A DNA stretch of 64,000 nt. Origin: a virus. Of this stretch, positions 48,407 through 59,600 are shown piece after piece (within the stretch, counting starts at the first letter, position 1; each line of letters starts with the position of its first letter). Location: positions 1 through 64,000 of the IMG/VR virus record IMGVR_UViG_3300008448_000002. One strand, 5' to 3'. The notes under the pieces are model-generated. The model saw nothing but the letters and a program-made list of their open reading frames with translations, was not told where the DNA came from and searched no databases. The position numbers were made by a program, and so were the translations under genes.

Positions 48407-49471
48407 TTATTCCTCTGTATCTTGTTCTTCAGTCTCTACAACTGATTCTTTTAATAATAATTTTTCTGTAAACTCGGACATTACTAAATCCATTATATTG
48501 TTTTCATTTTTATTCCATTGTTTACGGAAGTATTTATGCTCAACACCTTTTAGGTCAACATAGGAATATCTATTACCTTGTTTTTCAATTAGTTTTCTTT
48601 TTTCAAACAAATCAAATAAACCACTGTAAATATCCATACCCGTATCATAAGGTATTTTAATCTCAACATCCTCAAATGGTTTACTGTAACGAGTTTTCAT
48701 AATTTTACAGCCAGCTCTAATACCAGCAACTTCTGTAATTTTATTACCATCCTCATCTTCTTTGAGTTTTAGTTTTTTCATGGCAACAACAATACTTGCG
48801 GCATAAATGTTTTTATCGCCACCAGAAATCTTAGGGTCTGGATTATAAGGGTCTTGACTGGCATATGTATGGTTAGTTGCCAAAAGTCCAATATCAAGAC
48901 TACCAAACATATTAACACAATTTGTAACAAGTGCTCCAAGTGCCTTTGGTTTTCTACCCATGTCACCTTTCATATCACCCGATTGAAACTGGTTTACATC
49001 TGTCGGTGTCATTAACATACCAAGACTATCAATCACAAATAATACTTTTGGTTTTTCTTCCATAGCCTTATATTGTAATACAAACTCACTAATTGTTTTT
49101 GCCACATCATCAACCATTGCCATATTTAATTTAAGCAATTTTTCTTCTGACGTATCTACACCAAGTGCCTTAAGCCATGACTCATCCAGAGCATTTTCTG
49201 TATCAATCAATACAACAAATATATCTTGTTGTTGTGCGTACTTTACAACATTACCAGAACAAAGGTAGCTTTTTCCAGCTCCACTATCTCCAGCGAACAC
49301 AGTCACCTTACCTAATGGAATACCTTTTTTGAAATCGCCACTAATCATATAATTTAGGGCATAATTTCCAGTTGAAATCCATGTAGAGGGGTCATTAAAA
49401 CCAGCAGAGATGTTTGGTATACTTTTTGTAATATCTTTTCTAAACTTAGAAAAATCTACAGGTCTTTTCAT
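48407..49471 (-). CDS. uvsX: RecA-like recombinase UvsX
   Basis: ISTGNYALN, GDSGAGKS, IDTENA, IDSLGML, NHTY. Confidence 0.93.
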   Translation of the reverse strand: MKRPVDFSKFRKDITKSIPNISAGFNDPSTWISTGNYALNYMISGDFKKGIPLGKVTVFAGDSGAGKSYLCSGNVVKYAQQQDIFVVLIDTENALDESWLKALGVDTSEEKLLKLNMAMVDDVAKTISEFVLQYKAMEEKPKVLFVIDSLGMLMTPTDVNQFQSGDMKGDMGRKPKALGALVTNCVNMFGSLDIGLLATNHTYASQDPYNPDPKISGGDKNIYAASIVVAMKKLKLKEDEDGNKITEVAGIRAGCKIMKTRYSKPFEDVEIKIPYDTGMDIYSGLFDLFEKRKLIEKQGNRYSYVDLKGVEHKYFRKQWNKNENNIMDLVMSEFTEKLLLKESVVETEEQDTEE

Positions 49472-49496
49472 AATAATAAATCCTTAATATAATTGT

Positions 49497-49533
49497 TAAA
49501 AAATGGGGAGGAGGAATAAGTAACTCCTCCCCT
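49497..49533 (-). terminator. Rho-independent terminator after gene 32
   Basis: GGGGAGGAG/CTCCTCCCC stem followed by a U-tract on the minus strand. Confidence 0.85.
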
Positions 49534-49549
49534 AGTTGCGTTTATATAA

Positions 49550-50539
49550 TTAAGAATTATTTTTACGAAGTTTTGCCAGAATATCCGCCGCTTTTGATTT
49601 TGATTCATCAACAGAAGTTTCTACTTGTGGTTGTTCATCACTTTGTACTGGTGTAACAGGTACTACAGATACCTTTTTCGCTGGAGCTGGAGCAACAGTT
49701 GTTTCTGCTGTTTCTTCAGAAGAGTTAAATCCCCAAGGTTTATAGTATTGTTCATACTTGGCGGGGTCATATGGCAAACCATTAACACTATCATGGAACA
49801 TTTCTACGATAATGTTCAATTCATTTGTCGTTGGTTTTTTTGGTATAAAACTCGACAAATCAAACAAACCATATTGTTCAATAGCATCAAGTTCAGCCTT
49901 AGACAAATCTCTTGAGGACATCGCCCAGCTTGATGAAGACCAGTCAGCATATTCACCTTTTTTTGTTTTCTTGATTTTGAAATCTCTACCACCAACATAA
50001 TCAGTAGGTAGATTTTCCATGTCGGGGTCTAACAATGATGTTTTGATTGGATTGAATACTTGTGGGGTGATTGAAAATCTACGAATAGGATTTTCTGGTA
50101 CACTTGGTTCTTGGAAAGGACTTTTTACTACGAAACCTTGGAAAATATAAGTATTTTTACGATAATATTTTCTTGCCAATTCATGTAGTTCATCATTATT
50201 GCTATTTGTTTTCCACCAAGGAGCAATTTCTGCCGTGATAGGGCATTTCAAACCTTTATCGCCATACATATCCACACAAGGCACTTGTACGAATACCTCC
50301 TTGTCTGTATCTCCGCCAACAACTCCAATAAATGGTAATTTGATAGTTTGGCGCAATGCCCAGAATGATAAAGTGTTATCAGGATTACCATCAGGTAAAA
50401 AGCGAACTACTGCTTCTTGTCCTTGTGTCATATCCCAAAACTTATAAATTGCGTTGTCTGTTGTTTTTGTGGATTGTTGGTCGGTATTACGCTCTTGTTT
50501 TTGTAGAGCTTCTCGAACTGCGTGTATATTTAGTGCCAT
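49550..50539 (-). CDS. gp32: Single-stranded DNA-binding protein (T4 gp32-like)
   Basis: AVVRFLPD, CP...W, Y+K+ pattern, DFKIKK...YADWSSS. Confidence 0.88.
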   Translation of the reverse strand: MALNIHAVREALQKQERNTDQQSTKTTDNAIYKFWDMTQGQEAVVRFLPDGNPDNTLSFWALRQTIKLPFIGVVGGDTDKEVFVQVPCVDMYGDKGLKCPITAEIAPWWKTNSNNDELHELARKYYRKNTYIFQGFVVKSPFQEPSVPENPIRRFSITPQVFNPIKTSLLDPDMENLPTDYVGGRDFKIKKTKKGEYADWSSSSWAMSSRDLSKAELDAIEQYGLFDLSSFIPKKPTTNELNIIVEMFHDSVNGLPYDPAKYEQYYKPWGFNSSEETAETTVAPAPAKKVSVVPVTPVQSDEQPQVETSVDESKSKAADILAKLRKNNS

Positions 50540-50706
50540 ATAGTTATAATTTCCTTTGAGTTATATATGAGTTAAAAATGAGTTAATGTGACAATTTCAC
50601 TTGTCATATACTATTTATGAAATATTTTAGATATTATTTTCTAAAATCATCATATACTCAATATATCTCTTCTTAAGAAAAAATACAATATAATTTTATC
50701 TATTTT

Positions 50707-53220
50707 TTAAAGTTTTTTTGCTATTTTATCAATGATGTTATCGCTCATGTCTCCGCCGAGTACTATATCAGATTCTTGTGATAGGTTTTGTATAATATTC
50801 AACTTATTAACGGGTATTTTCTTAATTTTGCCACCTTTTGTTTTAACAAAGGCACTATTATCTTTTTGACCCAGATAACAAACTGTGTATAAATTATTGT
50901 TGTATGCTATCTTAATCATGTCGTTGTTTTTTGGTGTGTCATCTGATTCTGTAATTTTTTTAGAATTAGATGAGAAATCACCGTTGTTAGTAACAGCAGA
51001 TTTTATATGTAAAGAATCGAATACCACATATGTATCTGTGTTTACTGTTTTTTTTGAATTATTATAGTCATCAAGAACATTTTTAATAATTACACCATCA
51101 TGTGAACTACTTATTGCTTTTTCGATTACATCAGTTGTTTTTCCAATAGCTTGTACTTCTCTCCAATACTTACCATCTCCTTGAACAATTAATGGATTTT
51201 CAATCTTTAAATAACATTGAATTATAGCCGGTTCTGCGTTTTGATAATCAAAAGCTCTCCTATCATCAGCATAAGTAGAAGCTGTTTTTCGATGTTTCGC
51301 AAACCAAAACGCGCCAACACCTTTTTTCTCTCCATATCTATCTTGTACACTCATGAAGATGGGAGATGCTTTCATAAATCTAGCATCAGGTGAACCATGA
51401 TATAATACCAATGGTCTTGCTTGGTTGTCGATTGCTTTCGATTCTCCAAACCAATTCCAGAAATTAATAATTCCTTCAATTGTAGGATATATTAATTCAT
51501 TTTCACTATTTTTCGTTTGTCTTTGTTTTCCATTAACTTCAATGGTGTAGGGTATTTCAATAACATCTTCATTTAGGTTTTTAATGGATTTAATTTGGTT
51601 TTTATCAAACACACAGTATATTCCAGCATTATCTACTTCAAATCTTCCTAATTTTTCCTTAGAAGGATATTGTATAATTGAATCATACTGTTGTTTATCA
51701 CTAGATTTAATATTGGTTGTAGATTTTACTATTTTAGGCGCATATACTTTTAAATAAGCCGTCTTAATATTTGAGCCATGAAATTTGGCATATTGTTCAT
51801 CATCGGTAAACCAAAAACCAATTTTTGATACTGAACCATGATTTTTTCCAAGATGCGATTCATCAAAATCTTCAAACTCATAATCAGTGCCATGATAAAC
51901 TACTAAAGGTCTACCTTCTTTATCAACCATTTTGCTATCATTAAACCATTTATAAAAGTTTACTATTGCTTGTTCTGTGTTGGCAATATATTCTCCTTTG
52001 CTATTTCTCGTAGGTCTTTGTTTGCCACCAACATTAATAGTTTCTGGTATTTCTTCACTCTCGTTTAATTTATCTACTGTGTAATCACCACTTTTATGCT
52101 GTGTGCCACCCAAAGATTTATATATAGAGGGAACTTGTTTTTTATTACTTCTTTGTTCATTTTCTCCACCAATTCCTTTATATTGCTTAGATATAAATTG
52201 TAGAGCTATTTCGTATAGTTTCTTTCCGAAACCTTTATTTCTGTGTTTCGGGTCAATTTGTACATTATAAACAGTTAAATATCCTCTTGTATCTGATGTT
52301 CTTCCTTCTGTTAGTAATAAATACCCAACTTTTTTATCTTTATACCAGAGTGTCACATACTTACAGTTATCTATTGAATCAACGGCAATATAGTAATCAC
52401 CGCTTTCATATACAATATTTTTTCCATGTTCATCTTGTTTAATCAACTTATAGTTTTCATTAACAATGTATTTTTCATTAAACCAACTCTCAAATATTTG
52501 TTCTTCTTCTAATGGTTTATCTTTTTTTAATACTTCATTGTTATATATTTCTATCAATTTTTCAGAGAATAGTTTTTCAAAATTATTTAATGTTTTGTTA
52601 TTGATTATCTTCGCGGCAATACCTTTTACAAATGTTTTAAATAGAGTATTCTTTATTTGCGCTCTGTCATTAGAGAAATATGTTATATTATCAATCTTAT
52701 TAGGATTTGATGCCGTATGATACTTATTGTACTTTAATTTACCAGATAATACATTTTCAATAAGTTTAGCAAATCCTAATACTTCATCTTTATATACTAT
52801 TTCCTCTTCATCATCTGGTTTACCATATATTTTTTCATAATATTCTTTGGCAAAGTCTATATATTTACTATCTCCAAATGATTCTTTTAAATCGAATAAG
52901 AAGTCCTTCGGTTTTAATTGCTTATTAAACTTTTTTATATCAAATAACATGTTATATTTTACAGCTACTTTTTTCAAGGTATCTATAATATCTTTAAATT
53001 CTTTTAAACTATCATTTCCACTCAGTGATACGTCAACGGATGAATTAATACCATAATCACCTATTGATACCATCATTCCACTATTTTGACAATATATTTT
53101 ACTGGCTTCTCTTGGTTTTGAAACCTTGTCACCCTGTTGATTGAATAAAGTGAGTTTTTCACCATATCCTTTTAAAATGTTAAATACTTCTTCTGTGAGT
53201 TTTTCAATTGTGGTCGCCAT
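50707..53220 (-). CDS. Polyvalent-type protein: head-associated N-terminus + GNAT + two ART-like (DarA/DdrB-type) domains
   Basis: VQIDPKHRNKGFGKKLY (acetyl-CoA motif A); NFYKWFNDSKMVDKEGRPLVVYHGT and NFWNWFGESKAIDNQARPLVLYHGS; late promoter at 53227-53234. Confidence 0.7.
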   Translation of the reverse strand: MATTIEKLTEEVFNILKGYGEKLTLFNQQGDKVSKPREASKIYCQNSGMMVSIGDYGINSSVDVSLSGNDSLKEFKDIIDTLKKVAVKYNMLFDIKKFNKQLKPKDFLFDLKESFGDSKYIDFAKEYYEKIYGKPDDEEEIVYKDEVLGFAKLIENVLSGKLKYNKYHTASNPNKIDNITYFSNDRAQIKNTLFKTFVKGIAAKIINNKTLNNFEKLFSEKLIEIYNNEVLKKDKPLEEEQIFESWFNEKYIVNENYKLIKQDEHGKNIVYESGDYYIAVDSIDNCKYVTLWYKDKKVGYLLLTEGRTSDTRGYLTVYNVQIDPKHRNKGFGKKLYEIALQFISKQYKGIGGENEQRSNKKQVPSIYKSLGGTQHKSGDYTVDKLNESEEIPETINVGGKQRPTRNSKGEYIANTEQAIVNFYKWFNDSKMVDKEGRPLVVYHGTDYEFEDFDESHLGKNHGSVSKIGFWFTDDEQYAKFHGSNIKTAYLKVYAPKIVKSTTNIKSSDKQQYDSIIQYPSKEKLGRFEVDNAGIYCVFDKNQIKSIKNLNEDVIEIPYTIEVNGKQRQTKNSENELIYPTIEGIINFWNWFGESKAIDNQARPLVLYHGSPDARFMKASPIFMSVQDRYGEKKGVGAFWFAKHRKTASTYADDRRAFDYQNAEPAIIQCYLKIENPLIVQGDGKYWREVQAIGKTTDVIEKAISSSHDGVIIKNVLDDYNNSKKTVNTDTYVVFDSLHIKSAVTNNGDFSSNSKKITESDDTPKNNDMIKIAYNNNLYTVCYLGQKDNSAFVKTKGGKIKKIPVNKLNIIQNLSQESDIVLGGDMSDNIIDKIAKKL

Positions 53221-53233
53221 ACATATTATTTAT

Positions 53234-53269
53234 AAAAAAATCCCTGTAAAACTTAATCTACAGGGATTT
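53234..53269 (-). terminator. Rho-independent terminator, copy A
   Basis: AAATCCCTGTA/TACAGGGATTT stem plus U-tract. Confidence 0.85.
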
Positions 53270-53291
53270 CAAGAATGATTAATTATAGATA

Positions 53292-53615
53292 TTATTTAAT
53301 AAACTTTACTATTGATGAGATAGCAACACCAACTACTTCATCAAAGGCATCCTGTAGTTCAACATCCATTTTACGATACTTATCATCACTAATTAATTGA
53401 AGAAGTGCCCCTTTTACTTCTTTTTTAGCAATATTAATATATTCTGAATTATCTACTTTAATGTTCTCGCCTTCTTTTTCAACTAAAGATTGTAATGCCA
53501 TTTTCTTTTCCTCTGATATGTCTTGTTTCTGGATATATTCAGATAATGTCATAGATTTTTTATTTGTCAAGGGATTATTTTCAGATTCATTGATTATATT
53601 AATTAGGTCGCGCAT
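53292..53615 (-). CDS. Putative internal head protein, cassette A
   Basis: MRDLINIINES leader shared with 55903..56301. Confidence 0.55.
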   Translation of the reverse strand: MRDLINIINESENNPLTNKKSMTLSEYIQKQDISEEKKMALQSLVEKEGENIKVDNSEYINIAKKEVKGALLQLISDDKYRKMDVELQDAFDEVVGVAISSIVKFIK

Positions 53616-53654
53616 TTTTATATTTCTCCATATTATACTATTATTTATGAGAAA

Positions 53655-53657
<3 letters not shown>
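53478..53657. repeat. ~180-bp direct repeat, copy A (partner 56161..56343)
   Basis: Near-identical promoter, RBS and first ~45 codons. Confidence 0.9.
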
Positions 53658-55250
<1,593 letters not shown>

Positions 55251-55280
55251 CTATTTAGTATTTTGAATACTAAACATACT

Positions 55281-55802
55281 TTATTTTGTTAAGTAAGCGG
55301 CGTATTCATCCATCAAACTGATTTTTTTATGATTATAGATAGCATGTAGGGCGGCAAACGCATCTGTGTTATCATTTTCAAGCATTTTTACAAATGTTTT
55401 TCCGAGTAAAATCACTTCATCATATGAAATGACATCAAACCCATCGGTTTTTACTTTTTTAAGAATCTCTGCTATATCATCAGAAGATTTTTCATTAGGA
55501 TTTTTTAATAGTTGGATTGAATCTTCGCTAACTTCTCCATCCATTAACGGATTATCACCATAATTATTTGTAATATTATTCTTTAATGTAGTACCTTTAA
55601 CCAACGGCTTAATACTATATTCATCATTATTGCTGTTTTTGTATTCAACCATGCCATAATCAAAATCTGTTTCATCTTCTCCCAACGCTACAACAGACGT
55701 AGGTTGACATGTTGTACAGGCTTTTACACCAGAAAGATTAAGTATTTGACTTAATTCATCGGTGCTGTCAGAAAAAATACTTACGTTAAAATTGGTTGCC
55801 AT
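55281..55802 (-). CDS. Hypothetical late protein
   Basis: TATAAATA at 55829-55836 and GGAGA RBS. Confidence 0.6.
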   Translation of the reverse strand: MATNFNVSIFSDSTDELSQILNLSGVKACTTCQPTSVVALGEDETDFDYGMVEYKNSNNDEYSIKPLVKGTTLKNNITNNYGDNPLMDGEVSEDSIQLLKNPNEKSSDDIAEILKKVKTDGFDVISYDEVILLGKTFVKMLENDNTDAFAALHAIYNHKKISLMDEYAAYLTK

Positions 55803-55844
55803 TTAAATTATTCTCCATATTATATAAGTATTTATACAGAAAAT

Positions 55845-55880
55845 AAAAAATCCCTGTAAAACTTAATTTACAGGGATTTT
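55845..55880 (-). terminator. Rho-independent terminator, copy B
   Basis: Near-identical to 53234..53269. Confidence 0.85.
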
Positions 55881-55902
55881 AAGAATGTATTGTAAAATTA
55901 TT

Positions 55903-56301
55903 TTAAATAATTGTTTCTATTAATTTCAACTCAGGAACATAAATCTCTATTTCTTTGTGTTCATTTCGTAATTTTGAAAATGTATCTATTTTTACTACGT
56001 TATTTCCTTCATTTGTTGCTACCCTTAATACATTTGTACTTTTATACAATATAACAGATTTAGGAATAGAAACGCCTTTTATGTTTAATAGGGTATCGCC
56101 TATTTTTCTATCTTCATTTGTTTCAAAAACACTTTTAATCATTGCTTCGTCAGAAGATGCTTCAACTAAAGATTGTAATTTCATTTTCTTTTCCTCTGAT
56201 AAATTATCTTGTTTGTTAATGTATTCAGATAATGTCATAGATTTTTTATTTGTCAAGGGATTATTTTCAGATTCATTGATTATATTAATTAGGTCACGCA
56301 T
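55903..56301 (-). CDS. Putative internal head protein, cassette B
   Basis: Same 45-aa leader as cassette A, unrelated C-terminus. Confidence 0.55.
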   Translation of the reverse strand: MRDLINIINESENNPLTNKKSMTLSEYINKQDNLSEEKKMKLQSLVEASSDEAMIKSVFETNEDRKIGDTLLNIKGVSIPKSVILYKSTNVLRVATNEGNNVVKIDTFSKLRNEHKEIEIYVPELKLIETII

Positions 56302-56343
56302 TTTTATATTTCTCCATATTATATAAGTATTTATGAGAAATTA
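56161..56343. repeat. ~180-bp direct repeat, copy B
   Basis: See copy A. Confidence 0.9.
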
Positions 56344-58355
56344 AGTCTCGCTGTACCGTACATGTTTGTACCATCGCTTATAAAATCAATTATATCAATG
56401 GCATTGATAGCAGTGCTCAAGGTTGGGGGTGTTCCACCTGCCCATTTATATGCCGTATCAAATGTCAAGAGTCTTGTTCCAACACCATCTTGTTTTACTA
56501 TAATTGTATATTTTCCACCATTTATCATGTTTGTTGGATTATCAAGCGTTCTATCTCCACCAAGAGTAACAGTTGTGACTTGATTACTATCTAAGTTCCA
56601 CGCTATATTAGCTCCATCGGTCAATGTTGATGTTCCAAATACTTGCTGTCTTGTATAAGTTGTTACCGTATTAGAAAAAACAGCATCAGTTGAATATGCT
56701 TGTACGTTTGTTCCGATTTCCAATCCAAGGTTTGTTCTAGCAGAAGATATTGAAGATACATCAGATAAGTTATTTGATGCCAATAATCCAGTAAAAGAAC
56801 CATTCGCTATTGTTGTTATTCTTCCTTTTGAGTCAACTGTTACACTAGGATTGGTATAGCTACCAGCAACACCAGAAATAACAGATAAATCGACTGCTAT
56901 GCTTCCCGATGTTGTTATTGGTCCACCAGAAATTGAAATATCACCAGAGCTTGTTAAATTAACACTTGTAACTGTTCCAACGGTATTTGATGAAATAGCA
57001 GTTATTCTTCCTGTTGAATCAACAGTTAAACTTGGATATGAATAGTTTCCCGCAGTAACCGCCGTGTTATTCAAAGTTACGGTTACTGTACCACTGGATG
57101 TTATGGGACTACCACTGGCAGATAACCCATTACTACCAACAATCGAAATACTAGATACTGTTCCGCCTGTATTTGATGATATTGAAGATATTCTCCCTGT
57201 AGCATCAACTGTTAATGTTGGATAAAAATATGTTCCCGATGTAACGCCCGTTGTTGCCAATGCCAATGTACCAGTAGAAGTAATTGTTCCGCCAGTCAGC
57301 CCACTTCCCGCCGTAATACTTGTAACTGTTCCAACTGTATTTGTAGTAATAGCAGTTATTCTACCTTTAGCATCAACTGTTAATGTAGGATATGAATAAT
57401 TTCCCGCTGTTATTCCCGTGTCAGGTAATGAGATAGTCCCCGCTGTTGTTATTGTTCCTCCGCTTAATCCGCCTCCCGCAGTAATACTTGTAACTGTTCC
57501 TGGTGTGGTAGAAGATATACTTGTAATTCTTCCTGTTGCGTCTACGGTCAATGTAGGAGTGGTGTAACTTCCTGCCGTTACTCCAGTAGTTGATAATGCT
57601 ATTGTGCCACTAGAGGTGATTGTGCCGCCTGTTAGACCTGTTCCTGCTATTAATTGTACAATTACATTTTTGGGTTTCCATAGACTTTGTGTGTTATTCC
57701 ATATTAATGCTTGGTCGTTTGTTGGACTTAAATTATCTACATTACCAAGACTTTGTAATAGAATATTACTTGGAACAACATCAAAATTAATTCTATCATT
57801 CACAGTGTCTAGGGCAATAGATAATTTATTACTATTAGGATTAAGTTTATATAAATTGGCATTTCTAGTGGCAATATTTTTAAATACTCCAACACCAGAA
57901 GTACCGATATTAGTGATTGTATCAACTGAGGATAATTGTGATGTATCAAAATTGAATAAAATATTACCTGAATTTTCAGAAATTGTTAATGATGGTGTTA
58001 CAGATTTTATTGTTTTAAATGTTATTTCATTATTGGTGATTGTCGAAAATATAGAAAATCCATCGCTTGCCAAGTTTCTACCACTTACAACAGCATCCCC
58101 AAGAGTGGGGGCATTTATTGTTAATGTATCGGTTGACCTATTAATGGTGATACCATTACCACCTTTAAGTGTTCTAAATTGGGCATTTCCACTATTATCT
58201 CTACCAATATAAATTGGTTCACCTGTTCCTGTGTTGACTATTTTAAATTGGTCGATTATACCTACGCCAGTTTGGGCAACATTACTCGTATTAGTATCTG
58301 TTTTAATTACTAATGTTCCGCCTTCACTAATTCTAATCTTTGAAGAGTCAGCCAT
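56331..58355 (-). CDS. Fibre-like structural protein with five ~56-aa Thr/Gly repeats
   Basis: TVTSITAG.GL.GGTIT..GT...TGVTAG.Y..PTLTVD..GRIT repeats at 56799..57662. Confidence 0.75.
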   Translation of the reverse strand: MADSSKIRISEGGTLVIKTDTNTSNVAQTGVGIIDQFKIVNTGTGEPIYIGRDNSGNAQFRTLKGGNGITINRSTDTLTINAPTLGDAVVSGRNLASDGFSIFSTITNNEITFKTIKSVTPSLTISENSGNILFNFDTSQLSSVDTITNIGTSGVGVFKNIATRNANLYKLNPNSNKLSIALDTVNDRINFDVVPSNILLQSLGNVDNLSPTNDQALIWNNTQSLWKPKNVIVQLIAGTGLTGGTITSSGTIALSTTGVTAGSYTTPTLTVDATGRITSISSTTPGTVTSITAGGGLSGGTITTAGTISLPDTGITAGNYSYPTLTVDAKGRITAITTNTVGTVTSITAGSGLTGGTITSTGTLALATTGVTSGTYFYPTLTVDATGRISSISSNTGGTVSSISIVGSNGLSASGSPITSSGTVTVTLNNTAVTAGNYSYPSLTVDSTGRITAISSNTVGTVTSVNLTSSGDISISGGPITTSGSIAVDLSVISGVAGSYTNPSVTVDSKGRITTIANGSFTGLLASNNLSDVSSISSARTNLGLEIGTNVQAYSTDAVFSNTVTTYTRQQVFGTSTLTDGANIAWNLDSNQVTTVTLGGDRTLDNPTNMINGGKYTIIVKQDGVGTRLLTFDTAYKWAGGTPPTLSTAINAIDIIDFISDGTNMYGTARLNFS

Positions 58356-59134
58356 TATTTACCTTTTGGTTTCTTTACAACATCAATTTTATTCGTATTA
58401 TAGTCGCTGTATTTTTTTGTAACAATTACTGTATTTCCATCTTCATCTTTAAACTTTCTGGTGACAGCTTTAATTTTATTATCTATAAAGTTTCCATACT
58501 TACCAACCTTGTCATTATATAATTCAACTTTTTTAGACTTTTCTGGAGATACCGCTTTAGGCGTATCAATATCTTTGTTGAAATCTTCACTTTGTTCCGT
58601 TGGTGTATAATTACTTCTTTTTGTTGTGATATAAGATAATTTATTAAGCAATTTCTTATTGTATTCGTTACCATAGTATTCTGAAGTATCGGTTTTTGTT
58701 TCTTCATCATATTCAGGGGTTGTATCCATCAAAGAGGTATCTTTAAGGTTTTTGTCTTTTTTTACCTTTTCAATTTCTTCATTTGCTTTTTTTACAAAAT
58801 TTTCATAATCCAACGGCTCGCTTATATCTCTTACAATCAAATATGACTTTGGTAATTTAAGTAAATTAGTTAATTCTTGTTCAAAAATAGTCGGATTTAA
58901 TGGTAATTGCGTTGTAACATCAATAATTGTTACCTCAACATTCATAAATTGAGTAAAATCAATAGGGTTGTTTTGTATGATTGTTACAGTAGGTGTGCCA
59001 AAAAATACACAATCATATTTTGTTAATGCGGCATCAATTCTGTCAATCATTTTATCTGTTAGATTAGTAACAGTTTTAATGCGATATTTATATGTTCTTA
59101 CATTATCTTTAAGATAGTCTTTTAGTTTTTTCAT
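58355..59134 (-). CDS. Conserved hypothetical, probably structural
   Basis: CATAAATA upstream at 59159-59166. Confidence 0.55.
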   Translation of the reverse strand: MKKLKDYLKDNVRTYKYRIKTVTNLTDKMIDRIDAALTKYDCVFFGTPTVTIIQNNPIDFTQFMNVEVTIIDVTTQLPLNPTIFEQELTNLLKLPKSYLIVRDISEPLDYENFVKKANEEIEKVKKDKNLKDTSLMDTTPEYDEETKTDTSEYYGNEYNKKLLNKLSYITTKRSNYTPTEQSEDFNKDIDTPKAVSPEKSKKVELYNDKVGKYGNFIDNKIKAVTRKFKDEDGNTVIVTKKYSDYNTNKIDVVKKPKGK

Positions 59135-59172
59135 GGGGAATCCTCAACAGTATACTATTATTTATGATTTTA

Positions 59173-59592
59173 TTAAACAAAAATTTGGTCACGAGTCATT
59201 ATTCTAAATACCATGCCTTGTTTGGTACAAAATGCTTTTGCCGCTTTCCATTTAGCCATATTTACAATTAATGCTATTTTATCTTTCTTAGTCTTTGCTT
59301 CTTTTAAGCTCGCCTGTTGTATAGGCTTAATTTCAATCATTTCTGCTTTTTTATTATTATTCTTATCAACATAATAGATGATGAAATCGGGAATATAAAA
59401 ACTCATTTTTAAGGTTACAGGATTGTAATAAGGTATTTGTACAGGTTCGCTTGCCCACTGAATGATATTAGGATGTTGGTCACACACCATACAAAATCTC
59501 AATTCCCAACTACTTCTATAGTAGGGTAATTTTTTCCCTACATATTTATCGGCATTCTTTGGTGTAAAAGTTCCTTGTTGAAATCTTGACAT
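59173..59592 (-). CDS. gp4: Head completion nuclease (T4 gp4-like, TnsA-type)
   Basis: YRSSWE...WASEP..IPY...YIPDF...IEIKP. Confidence 0.88.
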   Translation of the reverse strand: MSRFQQGTFTPKNADKYVGKKLPYYRSSWELRFCMVCDQHPNIIQWASEPVQIPYYNPVTLKMSFYIPDFIIYYVDKNNNKKAEMIEIKPIQQASLKEAKTKKDKIALIVNMAKWKAAKAFCTKQGMVFRIMTRDQIFV

Positions 59593-59600
59593 ATACTTCC

